Part shown: positions 1-13,844 of the stretch, piece after piece
Numbering within the stretch: position 1 is the first letter of the stretch
Layout: each line of letters opens with the position of its first letter
DNA from: Octopus sinensis
Lineage: Eukaryota
Assembly (NCBI RefSeq): GCF_006345805.1
Contig: NC_043003.1
Span: forward strand, 25,172,001-25,236,000
Reading direction: 5' to 3'
DNA length: 64,000 bases
Translations under genes and position numbers: made by a program
Notes under the pieces: model-generated
What the model saw: the letters and a program-made list of their open reading frames with translations, nothing else
Database searches by the model: none
What the model was told of the DNA's origin: nothing

Positions 1-113
1 ATCATGTGTATACCAGTAATTACATGATTTTCGGTATGCCTCAAAGAAATTAGCATATAATATGACGAAGGTTTGCCAGCGTTTTTTTTTCCTTAGCAGA
101 GGATCTTGTATCG

Positions 114-1553
114 CAGCAGTTCCAACATTTTTTTGGAGAATGCACTAGTTTCATGAAAGACAATTTTTCTTCGGACCGGAGGAGGAACCACGTACATAAC
201 AAATCACAATAAAGAACATAGTATATAATTTAATTATTACATATATAGGTTTCAAATTTTGGCACAAGGCCAGTAATTTCGGGGGGTGGGTAGGGATAAA
301 TCGATTACATCCACCCTAATATTCAACAGGTACTTCTTTTATTGAAACCGAAAGGATGAAAGACAAAGTCGACCTCTGGGGAATTTGAACTCAGAACGTA
401 AAGACGGATGATATGTCTCTAAGCATGTAACCAGGCATGCTAACAATTCTGACAGCGCCTTATATAATTATTACATTTCTAATGCTTTCTACTATAGGCA
501 CAAGGTCTGAAATTTAGTGGCGGGAGGGCGGTTAAGTCGATTATACCAACCCCAAAACTCAGCAGGTACTTAATTTATCGACCGCGAAAGGATTAAAGGC
601 AAAGTCGACCTCAGCAGAATTCGAACTCAGAACGTAAAGATGGACGAAATACGGCTACGCATTTCGCCCGGCGTGCTAACGTTTCTGCCAGCTCGCCGTC
701 TTATTTAACTATTACATATCTAATACAATTGTAAGGCAACATATCTAATACAATTGTAAGCAGAATCGTTAGTACGGCGGACAAAAATGCTTAGTGATAT
801 TTCTTCTGTCTTTACGTTCTAAGCTGAAATTTCGCCGGGGTCGATTCTGTCCTTCATCCATTCGGGATCGATGAAATAAGTACCAGTTGAACACTGGGAT
901 CGAAGTAATCGACTTACCCTGCCCCCGGAATTACTAGCCCTGTCCCAAAATTTGAAAGCAATATTACGCTTTTCATTTCGAATATTATTACATTGAAACA
1001 CAAGGCGACGACCCGGCAGAGTCGTTAGCACGCCGGCCAAAATGCTTAGCGGATTTTCGTCTATTTTTATGTTCTGAGTTCAAATTTCGCCTGTTTTTGA
1101 CTTTGCCTTTTGTCCTTTCAGAATCGATAAAATAAGTACCAGTTGAGCACTTGGGTCGATGTAATCGACTATACCCTTATTCCAAAATTTTAGTCTTGTG
1201 CCAAGAGCCGAAAATAAGTATTACATTGTAATACATATAGTACGACTCAGGTGGCGAGCTTGTAGATTCGATAACTACCCGGGGCAAAATGGTTAGCGGC
1301 ATTTCGTCCACCATTACGTTCTGAGTTCAAATTCCACCGGCGTCGACTTTGCCTTTTATGATTTCAGGGTCGATAAAATAAATACCAGTTGAATACTGAA
1401 GTCGATGAAATCGACTTCTCCCTCCCCCCCACATTGCTGGCCTTATGCTAAAATTTTAAACCAATGTACGTAATACAACTTAAAAATTAAAAACTTTATT
1501 CTTTCTGTGTGCCCGGCACTAAATGAACCACGGCCGGCTAGTTGGGGGCCTTG
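114..1553. mobile_element. hAT-Charlie (MER1-like) MITE split by nested SINEs
   Basis: The left end CAGCAGTTCCAACATTTTTTTGG...TAGTTTCATGAAAGACAATTTTTC and the right end ...CCACGGCCGGCTAGTTGGGGGCCTTG resemble the two ends of MER1/Charlie3-type MITEs (recalled consensus). The internal ATTATTACATTGTAATA motif recurs between the SINEs. The 8-bp TSD is not clear. Confidence 0.55.
245..1465. mobile_element. Cluster of five tRNA-headed SINEs (family B): ~245-460 (-), ~483-702 (-), ~760-960 (+), ~1003-1215 (+), ~1249-1465 (+)
   Basis: Repeated head GGCGGCGAGCTGGCAGAATCGTTAGCACGCC with B-box-like GAGTTCAAATTCC, body GTCGACTTTGCCTTTCATCCTTTCGGGGTCGATAAA..AAGTACCAG and tail GGCCTTGTGCC. Confidence 0.85.
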
Positions 1554-1754
1554 TTTAATGGGATTCTGTATCATCAATGTTACAATAGAGTCATATTTAT
1601 CGACAGCTCTTCCCTTCCCATTGAGGAGTGTCAGCTGTTAGTCTAGTGTTTGTAGACACCCTTTACATATGAGTGAATAATAACTGAGTGATGTCATAGA
1701 CGGGTGATGTTAAATTTGAAAACTTTTTTTTTTTAATATATTAATGATCGGAAG

Positions 1755-2880
1755 TGGGTAGGGATGAATGTACTGAGGGATGGGTAGCTGGATGGTTGGG
1801 TGGATGGATGAATGGGTGGATGGATGGATGAGTGAACAGATGGCTGAACAGCTGGGTGGGTGGTTTGATTGATGGAAGGATTTGCAGATGGATGGGTGGA
1901 TATAAAAGAAGATCGATGGCGAAATGATAGGATGGAGTGGGGGATGAATCGATGGGCGAATGAATAGATGGATTGATAGATGAATGAGTTGATGGATGGA
2001 GCGATCGGTCGATGGACGATCTGATTGATAGATGGACAGATGAAGGAATGATGGATTGATAGATGGATCGAGGGTCAGACGGCTGGTTTGGTGACTAAAT
2101 GGATTGATTAATGATGAATAGATCGATAGATTCATAGATGGGAAGATGGTTGTTTATTCGGTTGGACGAATGGCTGAACGGATGGATGAATGGATGGTTC
2201 GATGGATAGACAGACGGGTGGATGGAGTGATGGTGTGACGGGTAGATGGAGTGGACGTATGGATAGATGGACGGATGAATGAACAGCTGAATTTATGTAT
2301 GTATGTATGTATGTATGTATGTATGTATGTATGTATGTGTATGTATGGATAGATGGATGAACGGCTGGTTGGATAGATTGAAAGACGTTTGGACAGATGG
2401 ATGGAATCTGGGCTAGACGACTGATTTGATGACTAAATGGATTGATTAAATGATGAATGGATCGATGGATTCATGGATGGCTGCAATGGATCGATAGATG
2501 TTTAGATAGAGGAAAGGATGTATACATGTATGTATGTGTGAATGTATGTATGTATGTATGTACGGATGGATGGGTGAGTGGGTGGATGGTTGGATGGATG
2601 GATCGAGAGTTAGATGGCTGATTTAATGACTAAATGTATTGATTAAGTGATGAATAGATCGATGCATTCATGGGTGTCTGGAATGGATGGATGGATGGAT
2701 GTTTGGTTGATTGGACAAAAGAGTAGACGGACGGATGTATGTATATACACATGTACGTATTGATGGATGGATGGATGGATGGATGTATGGATGGGTGGGT
2801 AGATGGATGGATAGGTGGGTGGCTGGGTGGCTGGATGGATGGATGGGTAGATGGATGGGTGGGTGTATGGATCGCTCGAT
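1755..2880. repeat. Degenerate (GGAT)n/(GTAT)n low-complexity tract with three internal longer-period duplications
   Basis: GGAT runs throughout; the unit GACTAAATGGATTGATTAA..TGATGAATAGATCGAT recurs at ~2093, ~2431 and ~2628. Confidence 0.9.
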
Positions 2881-3106
2881 TAAAGAATTACTGCCGTACC
2901 ACTCCAACTTTTTATCCAGGCGTTGAATATCTCGGACTACAACAAATCATGTAACAAGCTTGCGTTTTTAAGATAGTGGAGTCTGAGTTGACTGAACTTT
3001 TAGCTATAACTTCTAGCATATTTTACGACCACATAGATACACTTGTTGATTCGAATGTTTGTCAGTGAGAAAGATGTGTAGGCGACGATATTCATTAAAA
3101 CAATTA

Positions 3107-3515
3107 AGGTGGCGAATTGGCAGAATCGTTAGCACGCCGATCAAAATGGTTAGCGGTACTTCGTTTGTCCTTGTTTGTCCCCTCTATGTTTAGCCCCTTG
3201 TGGGTAATAAAGAAATAGGTATTTCGTTTATCGCTACGTTCTGAGTTCAAATTCCGCCGAGGTCGACGTTGCCTTTCATCCTTTCGGGGTTGATAAAGTA
3301 AGTACCAGTTACGCACTGGGGTCGATGTAGTCGACTTAATCCACTATATGTTTAGCCCCTTGTGGGTTGTAAAGAAATAGGTATTTCGTCCGTCTTCATG
3401 TTCTGAGTTCAAATGCCGCCGGGTCTACTTTGCCTTTCATCCTTTCGGGGTCGATAAAATAAGTACCTGTTGAACAAAAGAGTCGGCGTAATCGACTTAC
3501 ATCCTCCTCTGAAAC
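3107..3515 (+). mobile_element. SINE family B concatemer carrying two copies of the variant tail (B2)
   Basis: Head, then TGTCCTTGTTTGTCCCCTCTATGTTTAGCCCCTTGTGGGTAATAAAGAAATA, then body, second tail, body. Confidence 0.8.
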
Positions 3516-3646
3516 AGGTGACCTCTTGAAATCGATATTCATAAAACACTTGCCAATGGAAGAAGACACGCTGAGGCAACGTGTTTGCATGACAAGTTCT
3601 ATATTTCTGTTTCTATATTTATAACCGGAACCTCGTGTGAGTGTGT

Positions 3647-3718
<72 letters not shown>

Positions 3719-3729
3719 ATACTCTTTTA

Positions 3730-3893
3730 GGCGTAGGAGTGCTGTGTTGTAAGTAGCTTGCTTACCAACCACATGGTTCCGAGTTCAGTCCCACTGCGTG
3801 GCACCTTGGGCAAGTGCCTTTTACAATAGCCTCGGGCCGATCAAAGCCTTGTGAGTGGATTTGGTAGACGGAAACTGAAAGAAGCTCGTCGTA

Positions 3894-3940
<47 letters not shown>

Positions 3941-4158
3941 GGTGTGTGTATATGTTTGTGTATCTGTGTTTGTCCCCCCAACATCACTTGAAAACCGATG
4001 CTGGTGTGTTTACATCCCCGTAACTGAGCGGTTCGCAAAAGAGACCGATAGAATGAGTACTAGGCTTACAAAGAATAAGTCCTGCGCTCGATTTGCTCGA
4101 CTAAAGGCGGTGCTCCAGCTTGGCCACAGTCAAATGACTGAAACATTTAAAAGAGTAT
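3730..4158 (+). mobile_element. SINE family A (tRNA-like head, CORE-like segment, internal TA/TG microsatellite, LINE-like tail)
   Basis: GGCGTAGGAGTG..GTAAGTAGC..GGTTCCGAGTTCAGTCCC..CACCTTGGGCAAGTG..GGCGGTGCTCCAGC..CAGTCAAATGACTGAAAC; many copies in the window. Confidence 0.85.
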
Positions 4159-4159
4159 A

Positions 4160-4196
<37 letters not shown>

Positions 4197-4658
4197 ATAT
4201 ATATTACACACACAAAATGTGAAGCATTGATTGCTTGATTGTTTTAATCTTCAATCCCCATGAGGTCATATGGGTGCCGTATGGCATGAATCACACCAAC
4301 TACCTCCCTCAGTCGTGGCTGTGTGTCAGAGTTCGGGTTTCTATTAATGATTTGTCTGTTCGTCTTTTGATGGTTTCCATCCCTCTTTTCCTCGATCGAT
4401 CTTCCCTTCTTTCCTCTTTTTTCACAGTTCATTCAAGACCGATTCTTAGCAAAGCCATAGACTCTTGTTGCATGGCCTTCCTTTCTATGCGGTAATAAGA
4501 ATGCCTTCATCAGATCCATGAGGTGTTGCTGGTTGGTAGAACTCTGTGTATGTGTGTGTGTGCGCGCGTGTGTGTGTATGTATGTGTGTGTATGTGTGCG
4601 TATGTGTTTCTTTGTGTGAGAGAAAGAGAGAGAGATTCCAAAACGATTTTATGTGTAA

Positions 4659-4681
4659 TCTAATATCTATAAAACTGAAGT

Positions 4682-4713
<32 letters not shown>

Positions 4714-6196
4714 GTGGGGTGTGTGTGGTGGTGTGTGTTGTGGTGTGTGGTGTGTGGTGTGTGTGTGCTTGTGTGTGAGTGTACAAAAATTTAACGTACC
4801 TCAATAACTTTTACATCTTCCATCCGATTTCTTTAAAATTTTATACACATCTGTTTCATATCCCAGACCAGAACATAGGCTACTTAAATTTATAAAAAAA
4901 ATCGATTCTGGGGCCTCGAGAGCAATGGGAAACCAATAACAGATAATCCTATTCATTTGCATTAATCAGCTATTTTATAATCTGTAGGGTTTTCCATACT
5001 CTTTTAACCTTTTTATAAATTGAAAGGGTTTTTTTTTCTATTTATTTCCACTGTCCACCAGCGACGGTAATTAAATCGACTAGGAACACTAGACGCATAC
5101 ATTTCCACAATTCTCAACCGATTTTCACCAAACTTTACGCACACATTACTTATGTCCCAAGGATGGTCATGTACTAAGCATTTTGCCCAGAGCTCCCGCG
5201 TACATGGACCTAAACGGACATAGTGTTTTTGCATGTAAGGTCTTCCATACTTAAATTTTTTTTTTTATAAAAGTGAAAGGATTTTGTTTATTTGTCAATT
5301 TCGACTGTCCGCCTGCCACGGTGATTAAATTGACTAGGAACATTGTACGCAATGAATATCCAATACCAAGCAATTTTAATCTCCATATGTAAACTGCATT
5401 AACTTTTGGTAAGCTTACCTTTACCTGTTCTGAGTTACTTGAAAGGTGATGTTCCCTTCCTTCTCTTTTATTTGTTGACACCTTTGTTTACCTACCGATG
5501 CATTGTTTCACTTTAAGGATGGATGCTTATTTACCTATCCATTATAAAATTTCGACTGTTGTCCTTTGTTTCAAATACGTTCTAGCCTTTTTTAAAAACA
5601 ATCACATATGATTCGACTCAAAGAATCAACCTTTAAATAACAGTTTTGCTTCCACTAGCGAAAGCTATACGTATCTTTCAGAAAGCTCCGTGCCAATTTA
5701 ACTTTATGCAGCATTCGCTGTTAGTTTATGCGCAGGCTATTTGGGAAGACAGAATAAAGGGGCTTTTATTAGCTTATCTCTCCGAAAAAATAGCTCCCTT
5801 TGTTGTTGAAAAACAAAAAAAAAAAAAAAAAGAAACTCGCATTGAGAGAAGTTTCGACGTCTTCCTTCAATTTCATTACACCATTTATGTGGCTGTTTCT
5901 GACAAGAGATTTCGCTTTCATGTAAAACAACTATATTTTGTAGTCAGTATCTGTAATCTACTTCCAAAACACTTCAGTAGCTCTACTTTGCATTGCTTGC
6001 AAACTTATATGTTCTATGATCATTAAAGTGCAACTGCCTCCACAATAATCAGCTTTCAATTTGATTTTCCGTTCCTAGGCTAATCGGAACCGTAGATTGC
6101 CGTGCGACTCATAAACCTAGGTAGCTCAATTATTTGGTGAAAAAAAAATGCCATCAAAGTAACTTTAACCGTCCAAAGGACGGGTGCGTTTGTTAG
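4659..6196 (+). mobile_element. Non-autonomous Helitron
   Basis: 5' A|TCTAATATCTATAAAACTGAAG followed by (TG)n. 3' hairpin CCGTCC-AAA-GGACGG (6169-6183), then TTAG|T (variant of CTAG). Internal duplication at ~5020-5095 and ~5272-5345. Confidence 0.7.
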
Positions 6197-6843
6197 TATA
6201 CAATATATATTGTGGGCAATGGAAATGGAAGGCTATATAAAGTACGATATATAAACATGTGAGTCATGAAGGAGAAGAAATATATGACAGGATATGATAT
6301 ACAAGTAGGCCATAGATATGGTGGGATAAATAAAACATGATATATATATATCAGTGTGTGTGTGTGTGAGTGTCTGTGTATGTGTGTGTATGTGTGTGTA
6401 AGAGAGAAGATAAGACGATGATTACCACATTTTGTCATATGATAGCCGCTTAACATTCGATAGTGATACATCTATACGTCATTGGATTTAAGTGACAAGA
6501 GCATGTACAACACTTTAGTCACTCTCTCGGTTGCCAAAGTAGGTTCGAGCGACAAACGTTACAAGATGACTGGTAACTATTTAACCTGCAAATCTTAAGT
6601 CACAATGTCTTTTTTCTAGAAGACTGCCTTCACCACGGCTTTGTCAAAAATAATGAGAGACTAACCACCAGTGGGAAACCTACTTAACCCAAGGATGAGA
6701 CCCTGACAGGTACTACCATTCCAAGCTAGAACAGAATTGGGAGTAATGGTAATTAAGGGGTGACTCCATACTCCCCACAACTCCAGAACTCGAAAACTGG
6801 AGCCTCGCCACCAGATGCAGCTAGATGTATCCAGGACATCATC

Positions 6844-6877
<34 letters not shown>

Positions 6878-7044
6878 TACCGAATAATTGTCACATATTA
6901 TAGTTACAGATAAATCCTCTATTGATATAATATCGAAATCTCTTTAATTTCTTTTGTTTGTCTTGCCATTTCTATCAATATTAATATATATATGTATATA
7001 TATACTATATATATATTATATTATATTATATAATATATATTATA

Positions 7045-7083
<39 letters not shown>

Positions 7084-7363
7084 TAAAGAGGAGAAAAACA
7101 AAGCTTTTATATTATTGGAAAACCTATATAAATTGGCTGAAGAGTACTCAGCATCTTAAATCTGCTGTAATACTTACAGCTTTTAATAAAATGTTGTAGT
7201 ACGAAACAATTGTACCAAATCACCGGAGTCATTCTTGTTGCTTATTTTTGATTATAATCACCCCGCAAATTTTTATGGGTAACATCATACAAACTTCTGG
7301 TGCATCTAAATTAAGTACAATATTCATTTGAATCTAAATTGTTGCTGATCTTATATATATATA

Positions 7364-7395
<32 letters not shown>

Positions 7396-7399
<4 letters not shown>

Positions 7400-7612
7400 T
7401 AAATAAAATATATGCATACATACAAACATATATGTACGTACCTACATCTACATGTATATATACATGCATATATAAATATATATACGTGAGTACAGGACAC
7501 CATAACTGGTGGTCCTGTACTCACGTATATATATTATATATGCATGTATAGATACATGTAGATGTAGGTACGTACATGTATGTTTGTATGTATGCATATA
7601 TTTTATTTATTA
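7396..7612. repeat. Near-perfect ~215 bp fold-back palindrome
   Basis: GTAATAAATAAAATATATGCATAC...CGTGAGTACAGGAC pairs with GTCCTGTACTCACG...GTATGCATATATTTTATTTATTAC; centre at ~7505. Confidence 0.9.
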
Positions 7613-7689
7613 CATTTTGTCTGACAGTGTGTTCGCGTCGGTTCGATTCGATTCGTCGTTTCATTCCATTTCTCTCCTCCCAGTATTGT

Positions 7690-7722
<33 letters not shown>

Positions 7723-7803
7723 TATATATATATATATATATATATATACACCCAAAAATATATATATACACCCAAAAATGGTATATATATACACACACCA
7801 CAA

Positions 7804-8355
7804 AATGGTATCAAAAAGTTCCCGGACTAGTTACGTAGCGTGCCAACAGACGGCAGCACACGGTTGCATGATCTAAAAGTGATCGTCATGAGGCAGTGTG
7901 CCCAGGGACATTGCTGTGTTTACTTCGAAAGTTGTGAAATTTGTGTTTTTGTGATCACGTGTGGTCTGTAGTCAGTGATTTGGTCATGGACAGGAAGTTA
8001 GAACAAAGAGTCAAGGTGAAATTTTTCGTTAAATTTGGGAAGTCTGCTACAGAGACATTGTACATTCTTCGGCAAGCTTACGGCGCTTCAAAAGCGGAGG
8101 AACGTCCCTGGAAGACTATTGGCGATCTGGAAGGTGATGAGCGATCTGGAAGAATTTCCACAAGCGTCACCCCCAGAAATGTGGAGAAAATTCATCAGCT
8201 TATGCATAAGGATCGTCGAAGGACAATCAACAATAGTGCTGATGTTGCTGGTCAGTCGTATGGGTCCGTGCAGGTAGTCCTAACGTCTAAATTGGACCTG
8301 TGGCATGTCTCTGCCAAGTTTGTACCCCAACTGATGGCTACTGAGAAGAAGAACA
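7804..8355 (+). mobile_element. Mariner transposon 5' fragment (pseudogene of the N-terminal HTH region)
   Basis: TIR-like TGGTATCAAAAAGTTCCCGGACT; ORF MDRKLEQRVKVKFFVKFGKSATET...VSAKFVPQLM is a typical mariner N-terminus; truncated by a SINE. Confidence 0.85.
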
Positions 8356-8593
8356 TTACGGCGAGGTCGACTTCGCCTTTCATCCTTTCGGGGTTGATAA
8401 TTAAGTACCAGTTACACACTGAGGTCGATATAATTGACTTAATCCGTCTGTCTGTCCTTGTTTGTCTCCTCTGTATTTAGCCCCTTGTGGGTAGTAAAGC
8501 ATTTCGCCCGGCGCGCTAACGATTCTGCTAGCTCGCCGCCTTAATAACAACAACAACAACAACAACAACAACAGCAGCAGCAGCAGCAACAGC

Positions 8594-8626
<33 letters not shown>

Positions 8627-8848
8627 TATAATATTTTCTACTATAGGCAAAAGGCCTGAAATTTGGTGGGAGGAGGCTAGCCAATTACATCGATCCCAGT
8701 GTTTCAACGATACTTAATTTATCGACCCGAAAAGGATAAAAGGCAAAGTCGACCTTGGCTGAATTTGAACTCAGAACGTAAGGACCGACGAAGTACCGCT
8801 AAGTAATTCGCCCGGCAGTCTAACGATTCTGCCAGCTCGCCGTCTTAA

Positions 8849-8850
8849 TA

Positions 8851-8881
<31 letters not shown>

Positions 8882-8935
8882 CGACGACGACGACGACGAC
8901 GACGATGATGATGATGATGATGATGATGATAATGT

Positions 8936-8980
<45 letters not shown>

Positions 8981-9025
8981 CGACGACGACGACGACGACG
9001 ACGATGATGATGATGATGATAATGT

Positions 9026-9077
<52 letters not shown>

Positions 9078-9082
9078 GATGA
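8849..9082. repeat. (GAT)n/(GAC)n compound microsatellite
   Basis: Directly visible in the sequence. Confidence 0.95.
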
Positions 9083-9959
9083 CCAAAAGCGTCAGTCTAG
9101 AATTTAAGAATCCAAAGGAGGTTGACATGCTTTACTGGAATTGAAGAATATTTCTCAATTACGCGAAATGATTCTTTAGAAGTAACTGCTGAATTGACAA
9201 AGAGCTACAAATTTGCTGTTTCCACTCGTATACACCTGTATAAATAGATAGCTAGTTTCATTACAGGTAACAAGAGCATAGCCTTCTCAATGCTTTTTGC
9301 CTATGACATCACCGAAACGTTACGGTTATTGCATGGAATGTAAATACAGATGAATGTCAAAGAGTTCTGTTTAATGGTAACGATCAGTAAATCAAACATT
9401 TGAAATAAAGTAAAATGAAAATAAAATTAAAAAATATTAACATAAATACACAAGACGATTTTTAAACAATTCGAAAATAAAAATAACAAAATTTAAATAT
9501 TTGATCTCTGATCGATCGAATCGAACTTCCTCCTTCCAGCCTATTATGCATTAAAAAACCCCCAGCAACAACAAAAGCATGGTGAATCGAAGCATGTATT
9601 GATCTATTTGGATATTACTCTTGGTGTTTAATTTGTAATTATCTGCCGTGAACACACCTAATTGAATCGGCGTTATTAGCCTGTTCGATTCCAAGGCATG
9701 AATAACGGGTATTGTGATTATTCTCTTTTCAGAAATAGTTCACATATGAGGCACCACAAATATTTCATCGATCTGTAATTATTTTCATTGAATAATAAGG
9801 ATGGATTTGCAGCATCGTTAGAGCTTCAGAAAAAAGAAAAAAAATACTTGTCTTGATATATTTTGATACGCGACCTTTTTATACTTCCGGTTTCAAATCC
9901 CGTAGAGGTCGAATTTCGTATATATATATATATATTATATATATATATATATCCTTCTG

Positions 9960-10167
9960 AACTTTTACTCTGTGACTGTAGCCATGCTGGAGCTCCGCCT
10001 TTAGTCGAGCAAATCGACCCCAGGACTTATTCTTTGTAAGCCTAGTACTTATTCTATCGGTCTCCTTTTGCCGAACCGCTAAGTTACGGGGACGTAAACA
10101 CACCAGCATCGGTTGTCAAGCGATGTTGGGAGGGGGGACAAAGACAGACACACAAACATATACACAT

Positions 10168-10198
<31 letters not shown>

Positions 10199-10365
10199 CA
10201 TATATACGACGGGCTTCTTTCAGTTTCCGTCTACTAAATCCACTCAAAAGGCTTTGATCGGCCCGAGGCTATAGTAGAACACACTCGCCCAAGCTGCCAC
10301 GCAGTGGGACTGAACCCGGAACCATGTGGTTAGTAAGCAAGCTACTTACCACACAGCCACTCCTA
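9960..10365 (-). mobile_element. SINE family A, full length
   Basis: Reverse complement of the 3730-4158 copy. Confidence 0.85.
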
Positions 10366-11039
10366 AAGTAATAGTCAAGTATTGTAGTGGATATAACTGA
10401 CTGTGTGGTCGCACTGTGGCTAAATTCTTAGGAAGTTCATTTCATAGCTATGAGATCTCAGGTTTGATCCCATTGCGTAGCATCTTGGGCAAATGTCATT
10501 TTCCATAGCGTCGGGTTGACCCTTACCTTATAAGTGAAAGTGGGGGAGACGGAAACTGTGTAGAAGTCTGTCGATCGGATTGTACTTATAATTCACAGAG
10601 GTACTGCCATGTCACACTCAGTGTCACGTTTATTCTGTCTGAATCTGTCAGCTTCCCGCTGGATGGTTCCTTCTATCTAGAGGCACAAGGACTGAAATAT
10701 TGTGCGATAGAGGTTAATCGATGACATCAACTCTACTGTTCAGCTTATATTTATTTTATCGACCCTGAAAGAAAGGAAGGCTAAGCTGAACAAATAATAT
10801 TGATAACAATTCTTTCTACTATAGACACAAAGTCTGAAATTTAAGTGTGTATGTGTGTGTGTGTGTGGGGGGGACTAGTCGATTATAGCGACCCCAGTAC
10901 TCGACTGGTACTTTATTTATTGACCCCGAAAAGATAAAAGGCAAAGTCGACCTCGGTTGCATTTCAGCTCAGTACATAAGGATGGACGAAATGCTGCCAA
11001 GCATTTTGCATGGCGGGCTAACGATTCTGCCGCCTTTGA

Positions 11040-11109
<70 letters not shown>

Positions 11110-11369
11110 TTGACATAAGTCTTCATAAAGTTAAATAGACAATACGAAGAGCGCGATGCGATTGCAATCGATATTTCATTGACTGGACGATATTTCGACA
11201 GCTAGCCTGTCTTTGTCGAGTTCAAAATGAAAAGTGATACACAAAAATTCAGAATAATAGAAATTCAAATCGAAAATATGAACGAGGACAACCAGCGTCC
11301 CCAAGTTGATGAAATGACATCATCAGTCTTCAAATTTCAAGTTTACAATCGGCAAAGAGAGAATTGTAT

Positions 11370-11705
11370 TGACATAGGGGATTACTGGAAACATGCAAAT
11401 GCTTTTGTACACCATTGTGTCAAATGCGGTTACAGTGAATCACGATTAAAGGAAATAGCAAAAGACATAGCTAAGATTAGCAAATAAAGTCAAACTTTCA
11501 TGCATAATTTTAGCAAAGTACAATATGTGACAGAATTCCTTTAGTGATTAAGTGGCACCGAAATTTCGCTGGCATTTAAAGAGTGTTACATAAAAGTTAC
11601 CAGCATGTTGCGGAAGAATATCCTCGTTTCAAACAAATATTTCCTCAGTCGCCTATAGTAGCTTTTACACGAAATAAAAACAAGAGAACCATTAACCTCT
11701 ACTTC
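11370..11705 (+). pseudogene. Penelope-like element remnant (RT C-terminal/thumb region)
   Basis: Translates to ...FVHHCVKCGYSESRLKEIAK... then RIPLVIKWHRNFAGI*RVLHKSYQHVAEEYPRFKQIFPQSPIVAFTRNKN, matching the PLE motif IPLV..YHP....K.IFP.PP.VAF.R.KN. Confidence 0.65.
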
Positions 11706-11743
11706 TGTTCCAAGAAAACTAATATTGGAGTTTCTGCACACTG

Positions 11744-12020
11744 TACGTGGTCTGATCAATAAGTATCCGGACTGTTTCCATAGTAACGAAGCTAAAGCAT
11801 GCAGAGTAAAGCTGCTTGGCACAGATTGACCTTGAACTTTGCTGTGCATGCGCACTTAGTTTTAACGTTCTAGCTCACTTCCGCTGTTTACAGCAGAGCT
11901 TAGAAGAAAGGTGTGCAGCGTGTGATCGTCGCATTGACCATGACAGCGAAAGCTGGGCAGAGAATTTGCCAAAAGATTGGCGATACTTGCTCAGAGGCCT
12001 ATGCAAAGTTTTCAAAAAGT
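11744..12020 (+). mobile_element. Mariner 5' end fragment related to the 22682 element
   Basis: TACGTGGTCTGATCAATAAGTATCCGGACTGTT TIR; downstream sequence resembles 22682-23000. Confidence 0.75.
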
Positions 12021-12128
12021 TCCATCGTTCTCTACGCAATCAAGATCTTGCGCAATTGAAACCCAAGTGTCTTTTTTGGTCAACTGAAAGACTCCGGTGC
12101 ATTTTTACCTACACTGTGTTACGAAGGA

Positions 12129-12148
12129 ATATTATTATTATTATTATA

Positions 12149-12208
<60 letters not shown>

Positions 12209-12309
12209 CATTGCCATTATTATTATTGCTATTATTATTATTATTATCATTATCATCATCATCATTATTATTTATTATATTATATTATTATTATTATTAT
12301 TATTATTAT

Positions 12310-12365
<56 letters not shown>

Positions 12366-12390
12366 AGAAGAATAAGAATAAGAATAAGAA
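12129..12390. repeat. (TAT)n/(TAG)n/(AATAAG)n compound microsatellite
   Basis: Directly visible in the sequence. Confidence 0.95.
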
Positions 12391-13435
12391 TTCTCAGCAA
12401 CAGAGAACGAATCAATTTTACCTTTTTGATTTTCTGCGGTTCGAATCCGTGTGGGTAGCGACATAATGCGAGCCGGAACACGGATGCAGTAAAATTCATA
12501 GGGGTGCAAAATTTCAAAACTATATATGTTTGTGCATCTTCACGATTCTATGACCCCTATATATGCAATACGAAATAAAGCAATAATAAATGGAAAAAAT
12601 AGCACGCCCTTCTCTGCAATACCTGTCTTGCTACGATCGCTGGCAGCCCGCCCGTGGCTGAAGCGAGGGTTTTTGCGACATATGCAATAAACAAATTGGC
12701 ACTTCCTTCTTTAAATTTAACATATCTTCAACTACAGCCAACACACGTGTATAAAGTGGCCACCCAATGAAATTCGTACATCCTGCAGACGCCACTCAAG
12801 TCATTGACTATGCGGTTAAATTTGCTTTATTTTATCCGTTCTGAGCCGATAAACCATATCGTTGGGTAGATTTTATAATAAAGTAATACATATCAATAGA
12901 CCCACTTTTCCGATAGAACTGGCCTTCGGCATAGTCAATAAAGTCCACGAAGATATTTCCTTAGCAACACGATTACAAACAACTACATTTTGCTTAATAG
13001 CGACGAGAATCTGCTTCTTTTATTGATTACTTTTTAATTGCTAATTATTGTTTTAATTGCTAATTATCGTTTTAATTGCTATTTTTTGTTTTAATTGCTA
13101 ATTGTTATTGCTCTTGTTTAGAACTAGTTGGTCCCTGATCCAGACGACGTAACACCGAACGTAATCAAACAATGGAAGTTCTAATTTATTTTTGTTTTTT
13201 GTTAGAAACAAGTGTCTAAGATCGCATTGCTTGAAGTGTTATTTGCGGTAGAAGTCAATTTGGGGAAGATTTGACTGTTCTTTCTTGCAGATCGAATGAC
13301 CCCCGAAGAGACACTTTTGCTGTCTTGACAGCTAATTGTTTGTTGCTTGATCGTGAATTCCTACAGTAGCAAGCTTTATGTGGAACACACACGCACGCAC
13401 ACACACGCACACACACACGCACACACACACGCACG

Positions 13436-13500
<65 letters not shown>

Positions 13501-13802
13501 CACACACACACACACACACACACATGTATATGTATACCAAATTGAGTGAGTGGAACAGGTAAAATGAGAGCTACATATGTTTCTGAACATTACGTAACCG
13601 TTACGAAATGAACTCTTCTCTGCGTTCATTACGCAAACGTTATGGAATGAACTCTTCTCAGCGTAGCTAATCACTAGGCTGCGATTACTTTAATGAAGAT
13701 TGCACACAGCGCCGAATTCCTAAGTCAACCACAACACAATGGTGAGTCCAACTGCCTGAAACTTACGAACTTCCTACACTCGGATATACGTATGTGTGTG
13801 TG

Positions 13803-13844
<42 letters not shown>

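Noticed and set aside
1710-2954. ORFs rich in IHPS/MDGW
   Set aside because: They are translations of the (GGAT)n tract.
11816-12466. 216-aa ORF
   Set aside because: It runs from a mariner UTR into TAT/TAG microsatellites and is a chance open frame.
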